DNA of 63,985 nt, the filler included, from Octopus bimaculoides (Eukaryota): assembly GCF_001194135.2 (NCBI RefSeq). It is 10 parts of 8 records of this genome, joined end to end, with 100 filler letters (N's around TTAATTAATTAA, not from the genome) between each part and the next. Parts side by side here need not be neighbours in the genome. Positions count along the whole stretch, not along the records: positions 9,368 to 18,824 come from NC_068989.1; positions 18,925 to 21,008 come from NC_068985.1; positions 21,109 to 31,347 come from NC_068988.1; 7 more parts are not named here. One strand, 5' to 3'. Position numbers and translations under genes: made by a program. How positions within the stretch are numbered: the first letter of the stretch is position 1; each line of letters opens with the position of its first letter. The notes under the pieces are model-generated. The model was not told the origin of the DNA. It saw only the letters and a program-made list of their open reading frames with translations, and searched no databases. Below, one piece after another: positions 12,852-24,082 of this stretch.

Positions 12852-13070
12852 AAGGCGGCAGGTGAGCTAGCACAGTCATTAGCACGCCGGGCGAAATGCT
12901 TAACAGAATTTCGTCCGTTTTTAAGTCCTGAGTTCAAATCCCGCCGGCTACGACTTAGCTTTTCATTCTTTTGGGGTCGATAAAATAGGCACCTGTTGAG
13001 CACTAGAGTGGATGTAATCGAGTTAGTTCCTGCCCTTAAACTGCTGGCCTTGTGTCTAAATTTGAAACCA
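12852..13070 (+). mobile_element. SINE family C
   Basis: Full-length diverged copy ending ggccttgtgtctaaatttgaaacc. Confidence 0.8.
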
Positions 13071-13581
13071 ATATATATTTATATATACATCATTGACTTC
13101 GGTGTAAGTTTCAAATCGTTTAATAATAGTGGTTATCAATGATATTTAATGTACTTATTTAAAGTTAAATTTAAAAGAAATTTCAATTTTTTTCTCCTCT
13201 CTATGTCTCATGCTGAAGAGAAAATGTCATCCTAAAACTTTTATAAGGAAGTGTAGTTAAGAATGTATCTCGGCCATCACATCATTCTGTGAGTGTAATA
13301 GAAGTGACGTACGAGAATGAAGCAGTGTTTCAATTGACAAGCGAAAGAAATTGTTACGCAAAATTATAATTCTACTTTAGACTATTGATAACGATTCCGT
13401 TGATAAAGTGTTGTACAATACTTTTAATTATATTTTTTGAAATTCAATGAATAAACTGATAAAATATTCGATGACCAAATCTTTTCAGACCGTGTTATTT
13501 CCATTTAAAGTAATTCCGTTTGCACAAAGAATTCTAAGGACATTTTTTTTTTGAAATTATGATTAAAATATTTTTCATCAG

Positions 13582-13651
13582 ATTCAAGGACGAGTATGAA
13601 GATATTATTATCCGATCTCTTGAAACTGAGGGTTATGGGGAGAAAACGATG
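13582..13651 (+). CDS. Candidate internal coding exon: FKDEYEDIIIRSLETEGYGEKTM
   Basis: tttttcatcAG acceptor, protein-like open frame, possible ATG|GTTGGT donor (weak). Confidence 0.33.
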
Positions 13652-13683
13652 GTTGGTTTTTGTATATGATATGCCAGGACAGA

Positions 13684-14053
13684 GTGGAGGCGCAATGGCA
13701 GCGGACTTGCGGTCATAGGATCGCGGTTTCGATTCCCAGACAGGGCGTTGTGAGTGTTTATTGAGTGAAAACACCTAAAGCTCCACGAGGCTCCGGCAGG
13801 GGATGGTGGCGAACCCTGCTGTACTCTTTCACCACAACTTTCTCTCACTCTTACCTCCTGTTTCTGTTGTGCCTGTAATTCAAAGGGTCAGCCTTGTCAC
13901 ACTGTGTCACGCTGAATATCCCCCGAGAACTACGTCAAGGGTACACGTGTCTGTGGAGTGCTCAGCCACTTGAACGTTAATTTCACGAACAGGCTGTTCC
14001 GTTGATCGGATCAACTGGAACCCTCGTCGTCGTAAGCGACGGAGTACCAACAA
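13684..14053 (+). mobile_element. SINE family A, near full length
   Basis: 10-nt target-site duplication GCCAGGACAG at 13673-13682 and 14054-14063; small deletion in the head. Confidence 0.92.
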
Positions 14054-14380
14054 GCCAGGACAGTGCGTTGGTAGAATCAGTAAATTGTCGAAAGAAAGAA
14101 TTCCAAACAGCATCCTGTTACAGTTCTTTACGGTCCAGGTTCAAATTTTGTCAGGGCCAGCCTTCAATCTTCCAGTTAGGTATACTGGTCAAGTATTGGG
14201 TTCGGTTTAATCGATTAGGTGGTAAAGTGCCCGAGTCGTTAGGGGATCGGATAGATTGTTCTGCAGTAATCGTTCCGAAACCTTGTGCCCTGATTCAAAT
14301 ACCACCATCCTTTTGGGACTGACAAAGAAATCACCAGTCCTATACTAAAGTCGATTCTAATCCTTATTCTCTCTCTCTCT

Positions 14381-14519
14381 AATTCTGCCGAGGTAGTCTT
14401 TGCTTTCATCCTTTCGGGGTCGATAAATTAAGTACCAGTTGCATACTGGGATCAATCTAATCGACTGGCCACTGCCCACCAAAAAATTTCGGGCCTTGTG
14501 CCTAGAGTAGAAAAGATTA
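14381..14519 (+). mobile_element. SINE family C, 5'-truncated
   Basis: ctttcatcctttcggggtcgataaattaagtaccagtt..gggccttgtgcctagagtagaaaag. Confidence 0.8.
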
Positions 14520-14583
14520 TTCTCTCTCTCTCTCTCTCTCTCTCTTTCACTCTCTCTTTCTCTCTCTCTCACTNNNNNNNNNN

Positions 14584-14652
<69 letters not shown>

Positions 14653-15284
14653 CCTTCCTCTCTCTCTGGAATAAATCGGCTGTAACCAGACCTGGAAAGA
14701 AATGAGCTCCGTCAGGTGTAGATATACCCAAGACACAAATCACGACTGAGCTCCCACGACTCCATTATTAGTTGAGGGTTTATGGCAAGACATGATCTGT
14801 GGGAATGAGAAGTGAATGACTGCCAGCCTGTGTAACTATCCACCACCACCTAACTTTGTACACTGTACTTATGCTGACTGTACTATTGCATTGCTTTCTA
14901 AGATCGAGCTGCACGCATTATAATTAAGTCAATCGCTAGATGTCTGAATAGACCACATCAGTATTGGCTCCGGCTCACCTCGCTCAGGCTTCAAATCCTG
15001 CCGTGGTCCACTCTGCCTCTGATCATTTCATGATTGTTAGATTGACGGAAATCTAAGAAAGCTGGAAAAGTCCTTCCAGTGTTTGTTCCGATCGTTTACA
15101 TTCTGTGTTCAAATCCTGCTGCAGCCAACTAGGGTGATAGATTAAATCACTTGCCCAGTGCCAAATTGTATCCTGTGAGTAAATTAGGAAGCAGTAAGAA
15201 GAGTATGGGAGTTGTATGATGTGTGATGAAGCAAAAACTTGTAAAGAAGAGGGAACCAAATTTTGTAGATGGTCAGTTGAAATA

Positions 15285-15519
15285 AATATTTATTTCTTTT
15301 TTGACCACAAGGGGCTAAACATAGAGGAGACAAACAAGGACAGACAAAGGGATTAAGTCGATTACATCGACCCCAGTGCGTAACTGGTACTTATTTAATC
15401 GACCCCAAAAGAATGAAAGTCAAAGTCGACCTCGGCGGAATTTGAACTCAGTACGTAACGGCAGACGAAATACCACTAAGCGGTTTGCCCGGCGTGCTAA
15501 CGATTCTGCCAGCTCGCTG
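15285..15519 (-). mobile_element. SINE subfamily C2 (family C head and core, different tail)
   Basis: Tail matches 52620-52687 (ttaatcc.tttgtctgtccttgtttgtc..) rather than the usual C tail. Confidence 0.8.
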
Positions 15520-17036
15520 GTGGATACTTTATATGTTGGCGCCTCTTTGATTTAGAACAAATGTTCTATATTATAAAGGAGGAGAAAGGAAACAGGAGAA
15601 CGTGTCGTCCATGATATTCCTAAAAACATTGACGTAAATGAAATAAAGTTGTATTATCTGGAAATCACGATTATATTGCACACACGATCTTCCAATTTTT
15701 TCTCTTTTTTTACTTATTTAACACTCCTCACGCTCAATCATCATTTAACGTGGTTGATTTCCACCTTCAACAAATACTGTATCTGCTGTTTTTATAACAT
15801 TAAAAGCGTCACAAGAAAGATGATACGCAGTTGATTCTATTAATTTCAGGTTTGCTTTTGACTGCTAGGACTGGAACCTAATACTGAAAGCTAATGAAAT
15901 GCTTGTTAACGAAACGCAGGCTGTTGTTTGCAGTGAGTTATTCCTAGCATATTGATTCAACCGTTAGGTGTTAAATGTCTTACACTGTTAAAGGTGACAC
16001 AATAGATTTAAAAACCCCGTTGATCCTATTAATTTCAGGATCGCTTTAGGCTTTTATAAACGAGCAGGATTGGAATCCAATACTGCTCGTTAATAAATCA
16101 CTGCCTGTTACCTATTGCCGTGAGCTGATCCTACACATAGCAAATATTTACAGCAAGATTGGATCAATAGGCAGGTTCTTAACGTCTTTACATGATACGA
16201 ACCATTGAATTGTTGGTTGGTCATCAGAAGATCAGCTACAGTAGGTAAACAAGTCTTAGTTTTGTTTTTTTGTTTTTTCTCAATAATTCCTTAGACAAAA
16301 GTTTTTATAATGTTACTCTGTAATTCAAAAATTATTGCGTATAATGTACATCGACTATAATGTAAATAGATTTACGGAAACTGCAATAAGGAAATTACTT
16401 TTATGATGATAGATTAGGAATTAACGGGAAACAATTCCCAAGTTATTGACTTCAAATTGTGGCTGGTAGACTGGTTATGATATAATCTTATATTACAATG
16501 ATATCTTTAAATGATTGATGCTTCATGATTATTCAAACTATGAATATAAAACGGAGACTCTGTTACAATCGTATTATTTTCAAAAATTGAAATAACAATA
16601 AAATATTATATCTTGTGCAAATGAAATGCTACGTTAATGTAAGATACCGTAATGGTCCATGTTCCAAATTACAAATCAATAATTGACTGGTAAACGCATA
16701 TTCCTTTGAATAGAATGTCATTCTATTGTAAAATTTTATTCAATAAAAGCAGAGTGTTAGAAACCAGAAGGGACTCTGGGCATCGTATCATAAGAAATTT
16801 GGCATATCGAATCCAAAGATTACGGTGGCAAATCGTGTTCTAAGATTGGTGATGTAACTTTACTAGATTCCAAACCTCAAATCAATTATGTTACAGAAAT
16901 GATATTTTACTCACTGAAATCTTGGAACGGGAATACATATATGTAGTGGTGGGGGGCGTGTGTAGGTAGGTAACTATATATATGTATATGTATGTGCGTG
17001 TGTGTGTATACATATACATATGTATTTGTATATGTT

Positions 17037-17071
<35 letters not shown>

Positions 17072-17085
17072 TGCAACATTTGTAT

Positions 17086-17173
17086 GCTCTGTCAAAGAAC
17101 TCGGAAATTTGGGCATCCAGCCAGGCCTTTGGTGATACCCTTAAAGCCAGGAGCTTTTCTGCATCCTCTCGTA
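17086..17173. mobile_element. One end of a mariner-type MITE
   Basis: gatacccttaaagccaggagcttttctgcatcctctcgta matches the end of the MITE at 46595-46812. Confidence 0.6.
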
Positions 17174-17922
17174 TGTAAACTTCTTTTTGTAGATGACAGC
17201 TTTCATGAACAGTAAATACAACTCATGAAAGATGTGGTCCACAAGACCACAAGAAAAAATACAAATAATTCGATCACCAATTTATTCCACAACATTGACT
17301 AAGATAATCTGAGAAGAAAAAAGGACTGCGAAGCTCGAAATAAAAATAATTATATTTCTTCGCAAATTTACCATTCAGATAAATATCGTTATCGATTCAG
17401 TCTTTTAGTGTTGCAGCGGCTAGAGAAAAATCGCGAAATTATTCATGTGTTGATGCACATTCGTAACAACTTCGTGTGAATGAATAACTTAGAATGATCT
17501 CACCTTTCCCCTCTGGGAATGTTCGTTCCTATTTCTTATTCTATACAAAGTCAATAACTCTTTCACCGTTGTGTCTAAAGGTTGGAGTCCATAGCTAATA
17601 CTTACATAGATTTGGGTACATTATACATGCTTACCAATGGATTTCAAAATCGTATAATACCTGCGTATTAGTTGTCAACACCTTGCTCCTGATTACTGTT
17701 TGATTAACTGAATCGGGAAGAGATAAATATCGTGGTTTTGTATCGTGGTGGCCATTGTTTTGTTGTTTGTGGTATGATCTTACTTTCTTTTAACAAAGAA
17801 ACTTCTAGTGGGCGAGTTCCTTAAACTGGATATTGTATTGTAGTATCATTCAATGAATTGAGTCTTCGAAATATGGATCTCTAGTTGTTACTTCTTACAA
17901 CAGTTTATTCACTGAATACCAT

Positions 17923-18480
17923 ATGGACAAAATTCTACTTTTAGAATGATTCAATACAATTCTTTCTCAAATTTCCTGAATTCAAACCCCGGTTACGCAC
18001 GTTTGGAAATATTCTCATCGGTATTTTAGATCTCACAAACTTTTTATCTCATGAAGTATTTGGATTTGTCGAATATTGTAACAACTACGATAACGGGATA
18101 AATTATCCAAAGGTTAATTACATTAAACCAGTAGGTGAGGCTTTTTGCATGATAACAACTTGTATCTTGCAAGCAAGTTTTCAGAATGCTTGGATAAATT
18201 TTTCCATGCTTCAACACTGCAGGATAATGAATGCAGCTTCAAGGCAATGTTGTCTGCAAAAGTATATCAGAGATTCTCTCATGGTTGCTTATATTTCTGG
18301 AATAATGTTGGCTGGTATAAGGCTCATATTACTCGAAAACAAAACATTTAGTTTCGAAACAGTATTAACAAAAGCCAGAGCATTGGACTTAGTACAAAAG
18401 AATGCTAGCGTTTATTATCAAGATACCTTCGTAAATAATACTGTTGCTACAAAGAAACAAGACACTCTTTCAGCTATTGT
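17923..18480 (+). mobile_element. Decayed Ty3/Gypsy-type gag fragment
   Basis: Frameshifted segments TNFLSHEVFGFVEYCNNYD..YIKPVGEAF, ECSFKAMLSAKVY and YISGIMLAGIRLILLENKTFSFETVLTKARALDLVQKNA resemble invertebrate Gypsy gag (FISG...IRQRLLENKTL..ARALD); from memory. No pol or LTR seen. Confidence 0.55.
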
Positions 18481-18586
18481 TTCTTATACGAAACTTGAAT
18501 CAATGGGCAGTATGAATACGACGGCAAAGAATAGACAAGAAGAGATGCCATATGTTACAAATGCGAGAATGAATATATATACATGC

Positions 18587-18635
<49 letters not shown>

Positions 18636-18779
18636 TATGTATATATGTATGTATATATATATATATATTTACATGCAATATTAGATATGTATGTATATAT
18701 TGTATGTATATATTTAATTAATTTGCCTGTATGGCTGATAATTCGCTTGCCACTCGTGATGGTATTTTAATAATACCAT

Positions 18780-18824
<45 letters not shown>

Positions 18825-18950
18825 NNNNNNNNNNNNNNNNNNNNNNNNNNNNNNNNNNNNNNNNNNNNTTAATTAATTAANNNNNNNNNNNNNNNNNNNN
18901 NNNNNNNNNNNNNNNNNNNNNNNNAAAAATAAAGAATAATATAATTCATA

Positions 18951-19018
18951 TGGTCTAGTGGTTAAGAGCGCAGGCTACTTACTAACCCCAAGATTCCGAG
19001 TTCGATTCCAAGCAGTGA

Positions 19019-19057
<39 letters not shown>

Positions 19058-19164
19058 TGATAATAACAATAATAATAACAATAACAACAATAATAATAAC
19101 AATAACAATAATAACAACAACGACAACAACAACAATAATAATAATAATAATAATAATAATACTG

Positions 19165-19212
<48 letters not shown>

Positions 19213-19235
19213 TACAGAAAATTGCACTACTGAAC

Positions 19236-19271
<36 letters not shown>
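18951..19271 (+). mobile_element. tRNA-derived head (family D) plus (AAT/AAC)n tail, without the HHR module
   Basis: tggtctagtggttaagagcg (A box) and gagttcgattcc (B box); same head as 20164-20232. Confidence 0.7.
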
Positions 19272-19692
19272 TCTAGCACTTAGGACTAAACGGTACATCT
19301 AGCTCTTCGTTATGCTAAGATTCAGATGTTCCGATGAAATATTGCATAATGTATAGTGTAGTGTAATGTGAATCAATCTAGATATATCAGTGACATTCAT
19401 TTTAAAGTTGCTATCTCATTTGGTATGATCGGTAGACTTTTATGGCAACGTGACGTCTCGATTTTTCCCAATAGATATAGGCAACATTATAAGAAACATA
19501 ACGACAGTTTACGAGAGTAGCGTAGAAATTTATTTGGCAATTCTTCTTTTTATCTGTTTTACTTAGATGTTCTGATTTCACCCTTGCTGCCTTCCTGAGT
19601 TGCGAAATTAGTATTAATTAAGTTCAGCGGTTGATTTCATTGGTCATATTGTCTATCAAAAACGTGGAATTATGTCTGCAGGCCTGGGTTTT

Positions 19693-19894
19693 GCGCAGGC
19701 GGGGATGTGTGGTAAAAAGCTTGTTTCCCAGCAACGTGGTTCCAGGTTCAGTTCCACCGCGTGGCACCTTGGGTAAGTATCTTCCACTATAGCGTCGGAC
19801 CGAACAAACACTTATGAGTGGATTTGGTAGACGGAAACTGAAAGAATCCCATCGTATACGCATGTGTGTGTGTGCATGTGTGTGTGTGTGCGCT

Positions 19895-19938
<44 letters not shown>

Positions 19939-20120
19939 TGTGTGTGTGTCTGTGTTTCTCCTCCAACCATCGCTTGGTAACCGGTCTTGGTATAATTTTA
20001 AGTCTCCATAACTTGACGGTTCGTCAAAAGCTTCCGATAGAATAAGCACTGGGGTTGATTCGTTTGACTAAAATTCTTTAAGAGGTGCCCCAGCATGGAC
20101 GTTGTCTAACGAATGAAGCA
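19693..20120 (+). mobile_element. SINE family B, diverged full length with internal (GT)n
   Basis: Head, gtggcaccttgggtaag core, ggatttggtagacggaaactgaaag and tail align to 26357-26800. Confidence 0.8.
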
Positions 20121-20163
20121 CTTAAATGAAAAAGGATCTTTAATCAGGTTTCTTCTCTGCATA

Positions 20164-20228
20164 TGGCGTACTGGTTAAGAGCGCGGGCTACTAACCCCAA
20201 GATTCCCGACTTCGATTCTAGGCAGTGA

Positions 20229-20309
<81 letters not shown>

Positions 20310-20480
20310 CATCGAAAAATATCTTAGGAATGAGAACCCAGGTTCGAAATTTCCCCAAAACACCTGATGAAGGCTGGCGGGTATATCAGCCGAAACGTTG
20401 TGTTAACAACAAACAAGATGAGGACAAATATCCGTCAAATGTAAATAATGTACATAATTCCTCATCTCTTAAATATAGAA
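20164..20480 (+). mobile_element. Composite element: tRNA-derived Pol III head, (AAT)n, then a Penelope-like terminal module with hammerhead ribozyme
   Basis: Head 20164-20232 as at 18951; AAT run to about 20307; HHR at 20359-20404; downstream 9-bp inverted repeat 20416-20424/20459-20467. Confidence 0.65.
20359..20404 (+). ncRNA. Minimal type-I hammerhead ribozyme with intact core
   Basis: AACAC-CTGATGA-A-GGCTG(10-nt loop)CAGCC-GAAA-CG-TT-GTGTT. Stem I AACAC/GTGTT, stem II GGCTG/CAGCC, palindromic stem III ACGT, predicted GUU cleavage 3' of 20399. One extra A after CUGAUGA. Confidence 0.75.
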
Positions 20481-20577
20481 TAGTTTCTTCTCTGTTAATT
20501 TTTAAGGAATGCATAAAATTCTACAAATCTTTGGCTAATGAAATGTGTTTTAATATTCTGTTTTTCTATATTTTCAG

Positions 20578-20780
20578 AAATGACACGCCAGGAGATGATT
20601 GAAGAGAATACGTTATACTCGGAGCAAATCAAGAATTATCGTCGCAAAGTGTCGATTCTGTCTGATTTGATCCAGCAGCTTGAGGACTCCTATGAAGAAT
20701 CTAAGAGATACGCCATGATGCAGCGCTATCGTCTACTGAAAATGATGATAAAGTCAGTTATATACGATAAACTGATTTGA
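20578..20780 (+). CDS. Terminal coding exon of an unrecognised alpha-helical protein: (E)MTRQEMIEENTLYSEQIKNYRRKVSILSDLIQQLEDSYEESKRYAMMQRYRLLKMMIKSVIYDKLI*
   Basis: tttttctatattttcAG acceptor (AG at 20576-77), phase 1, non-repetitive amphipathic composition, higher GC than flanks, TGA stop. Confidence 0.65.
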
Positions 20781-21108
20781 CCGGAAGTGGTGTAAGAATA
20801 TGGAGGTCTGAAGGACGGTATACATTTAAGTAAAATATAAAAATCATACGGAGAGAATGAATCATGGACGAAGAAGTACAGCAGAAGATTATCAGTAAAC
20901 TGTTGTAATAACACAGTCACAAACATTAAATATGCATACAGACGCACATACACTACAGTATATCAATATACCAATATATTCATATATGCGGATATATATA
21001 TATATATANNNNNNNNNNNNNNNNNNNNNNNNNNNNNNNNNNNNNNNNNNNNTTAATTAATTAANNNNNNNNNNNNNNNNNNNNNNNNNNNNNNNNNNNN
21101 NNNNNNNN

Positions 21109-21345
21109 ACTCCACACACACGTGTACCCTTAACGTAGTTCTCAGGGAGATTCAACGTCACAGAAAGAGTGACAAGGCTGAGCCTTTGAAATACAGATAC
21201 TACTCTTTTTTGTCAGCTGAGTGTACTGAAGCAATGTGAAATAAAGTGTCTTGTTCAAGGACACAGCGAGTCGCCAGGTGTTGGAACTCAAAACTTTACA
21301 ATCGTAAGCTGGATACCCTAACCACTAAGTCACGTGCCTTCACGA
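21109..21345 (-). mobile_element. SINE family F (different head, central and 3' domain shared with family A)
   Basis: Reverse complement has gtgtccttgaacaagacactttatttcacattgc, then aggctcagccttgtcac..gagaactacgttaagggtacacgtgt as in family A. Confidence 0.7.
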
Positions 21346-22236
21346 TACATACATACATACATTATTAACACCACACATTTAACGTGTGTGTATTATTTAA
21401 ACTCCGGAATGTTCAGTCTTTAAAGTCCTTTAAAAGACGTATGGTGTTAAAAAACATAATATACTTCAGAGTTAGGTGAAGCAAAATTATCCCAGAAGTA
21501 ATTGCATCGTACGTGATATTGATAAGCCTCAAATATAGCGAAATACGATACCTGGTTTTATGATAGAGCTGATTCTATTACGCATAATTCGAATATATGT
21601 GTCTGTGTGCGTGTGTATTAATATTTATCAACATTTTTCGAATATCTGAAGTTAATTTTTTGACATATTACTAGGTTTTAGGGTCTTACACCAGAAAATA
21701 AGCACATACACACATATATTTATGTATGTATATATATACACACACGTATGTATGTTTGTATTATGTATATATATATATATATATNNNNNNNNNNNNNNNN
21801 NNNNNNNNNNNNNNNNNNNNNNNNNNNATATATGTGTGTGTGTGTGTGTGTACACTCACACACAGAGCGAGTGTGTGCGAAAGCAAGGATGTAAGAGAGA
21901 GCGAGAATGAGAGAGATATACATAATATACGTGTACGGGCGTATGTGTGTCTGTGTTTGTGTGCGTGTGTGTATTTTACCGGTGTAAAACTTTATAACTT
22001 CAAAAAAGAGTAACTACAAATATTCGATAGAAATCGATAAAATAAATGCGAAATTGAACTATATAGTGGAATCAATAAGATCGATTATATCCTTCAAAGC
22101 TGTTTTTTTTTGCATGACTGCAATCCTCTTACTGGAACCACAATCGAATGTTTCTCCTTAACCTAAGATATGAACGGTTAAAACAACTGTTTGCCTACAA
22201 CCAATTGATATGCATTTCAGATATACATTGTAAATA

Positions 22237-22445
22237 TCGATTCCAAATTTTGGTACAAGGCCAGCAAGTTCGAAGAAGTGGGTAAGTCAATTACATCGAT
22301 CCCAGTACTCAACTGGTACTTATTTTATCGGCCCCGAAAGGATAAAAATCAATGTTGACCTAGGCGGAATTTGAACTCAGAACGTTAAGACAGACGAAAT
22401 GCTGCGAAATATTTTGCCCGGCATGTTAACCGTTCTGCCAGCTCA
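22237..22445 (-). mobile_element. SINE family C
   Basis: Reverse-complement copy. Confidence 0.8.
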
Positions 22446-22469
22446 GGGCTTTCTACATCATTATATATT

Positions 22470-22686
22470 GGTTTTAAATTATGGCGCAAGATCAGTAAAT
22501 TCGTGGTGGTGCGGACAGCTAGTCGATTACATCGATCCCAGTACTCAACCGATATTTATTTTATCGACCCCCGAAAGGATAAAATTCAAAGCCGACTTTG
22601 ACGGAATTTGAACTCAGAATATAAAGATAGACGAAATGCTGCGCAGCATTACTCGGCGTGTTAATGGTCTTGCCAGCTCACCGTCT
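22470..22686 (-). mobile_element. SINE family C (second adjacent copy)
   Basis: Reverse-complement copy directly after 22237-22445. Confidence 0.8.
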
Positions 22687-23915
22687 TATCCATCGTATAT
22701 TAGAATGAAAACTGTGGGATTTGTGGTGACTCGAACTCACGTCTACTTATTGGCGCCTTGTTGAATGACTTCAACATTACGTTTCTTGAACAAAAGCTAC
22801 TTTATACATTAACATCCTTATATCAACACACCGCTTCCGTCGAATGTTAAGTTTCTTTTGAATGCCAGCACATGTGTAATTCATGTCTCGTCTGTGTATT
22901 TTCATTTGACTTAAACGTGATTAGAATATGAAATCTTTAATTTAATGCTTTCTTTGTAATTAAATTGTCTTACGCAATCGCAAAACCTTAGAAGCTTATG
23001 GCGAGAAGTGTCGAAAGGAAATTAAATGATTTATCGTAGAAGTTTCCATAACAGTTACTCCTGCTTGACTTATGAGACAGAACAAGATTTAAAGAGTTAT
23101 TCCAATCGTTATCGGAGGTTATTCAAATCAGTTCTTTCCCTGGCTACTACAGCTACCAAAATCTTAGAATGAAGATTTAACTGTAAACTCTCAGATTTAC
23201 TGATACGTATTTATTGAGCCAAAGAGTTAATTGACCCTGTCCGATTTAAACTAATAATGCCTGGCCTCTAAAATATCATAAAGCATAACTACTATGCATA
23301 CAGCTCCCATCTAAACACCTGATACATTCACTTCTCACGCACTAAAACGATTTCCTGGATGACTGTCTCTATTTTTCTCTTGCATATGTAACACAAAAAG
23401 GCTCGCACACACACACATGTATGTATATGTATGTATGTATGTATGTATGCATGTATGTATGTATGTATGTATGTGTATATGTGTGTATATATATGTATAT
23501 GTGTGTGTTTAATTAAGAAACTTTCAAGAGAACGTGAAATAATTCTTCTTTAAAACGGTGAATCTTGAAAGCAGATAAAGCTATAAACAACAGTGTGTAA
23601 CTATTGGGTTAAAAACACTTTGGACAAAAATAATCGAAGGCTGCCTGTTGGACGCGAACCCATATTTCCTGTAAACATGACAGGCTTTCTACCATTAAAA
23701 CCGCTATGTAAACATCCAAAAACCAGATTCTTTTTCACCAGCTCCTGGATTACATTATAAACACCCATAAATACATTTGTACACAATACATGTTGGTCAA
23801 GCGGACGAAGGAGCCTTTGCATGGCCACTTAAAAGAATAGAAATAGCAGTTATTTCCCCCTGAAGCCACACGTCATTTTTTATTCCTAAATTATCTAGTG
23901 TACTCTGAAAATAGC

Positions 23916-24080
23916 GGTTTCAAATTTAAGTACTCTGTCAGCAATTCTAGTGGGAGGATATTAGTAGATTATATATATCGAGCCAGTACTCGACTGGGAC
24001 TTTATTTCATCTACTCCGAAAGGATGAAAAGCAAAGTTGACCTCGGCAGAATTTGAGCTCGAACGTAAAGCGCCAGAATA
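23916..24080 (-). mobile_element. SINE family C, head missing
   Basis: ccgaaaggatgaaaagcaaagttgacctcggcagaatttgagctc; abuts the 26-bp array. Confidence 0.7.
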
Positions 24081-24082
24081 CT

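Noticed and set aside
13210-13225. Other CTGANGA hits (13214, 39342, 53480, 57810, 62453, 62972)
   Set aside because: No stem II/GAAA/stem I arrangement around them, so not hammerheads.
18951-19023. tRNA gene (also 20164-20232 and the SINE A/B/C heads)
   Set aside because: A/B boxes and an anticodon-like loop are present, but there is no intact acceptor stem and each runs into SINE body or AAT tail; these are tRNA-derived heads.
23601-23828. 75-aa minus-strand ORF
   Set aside because: No recognisable motif or convincing splice pair; length expected by chance.
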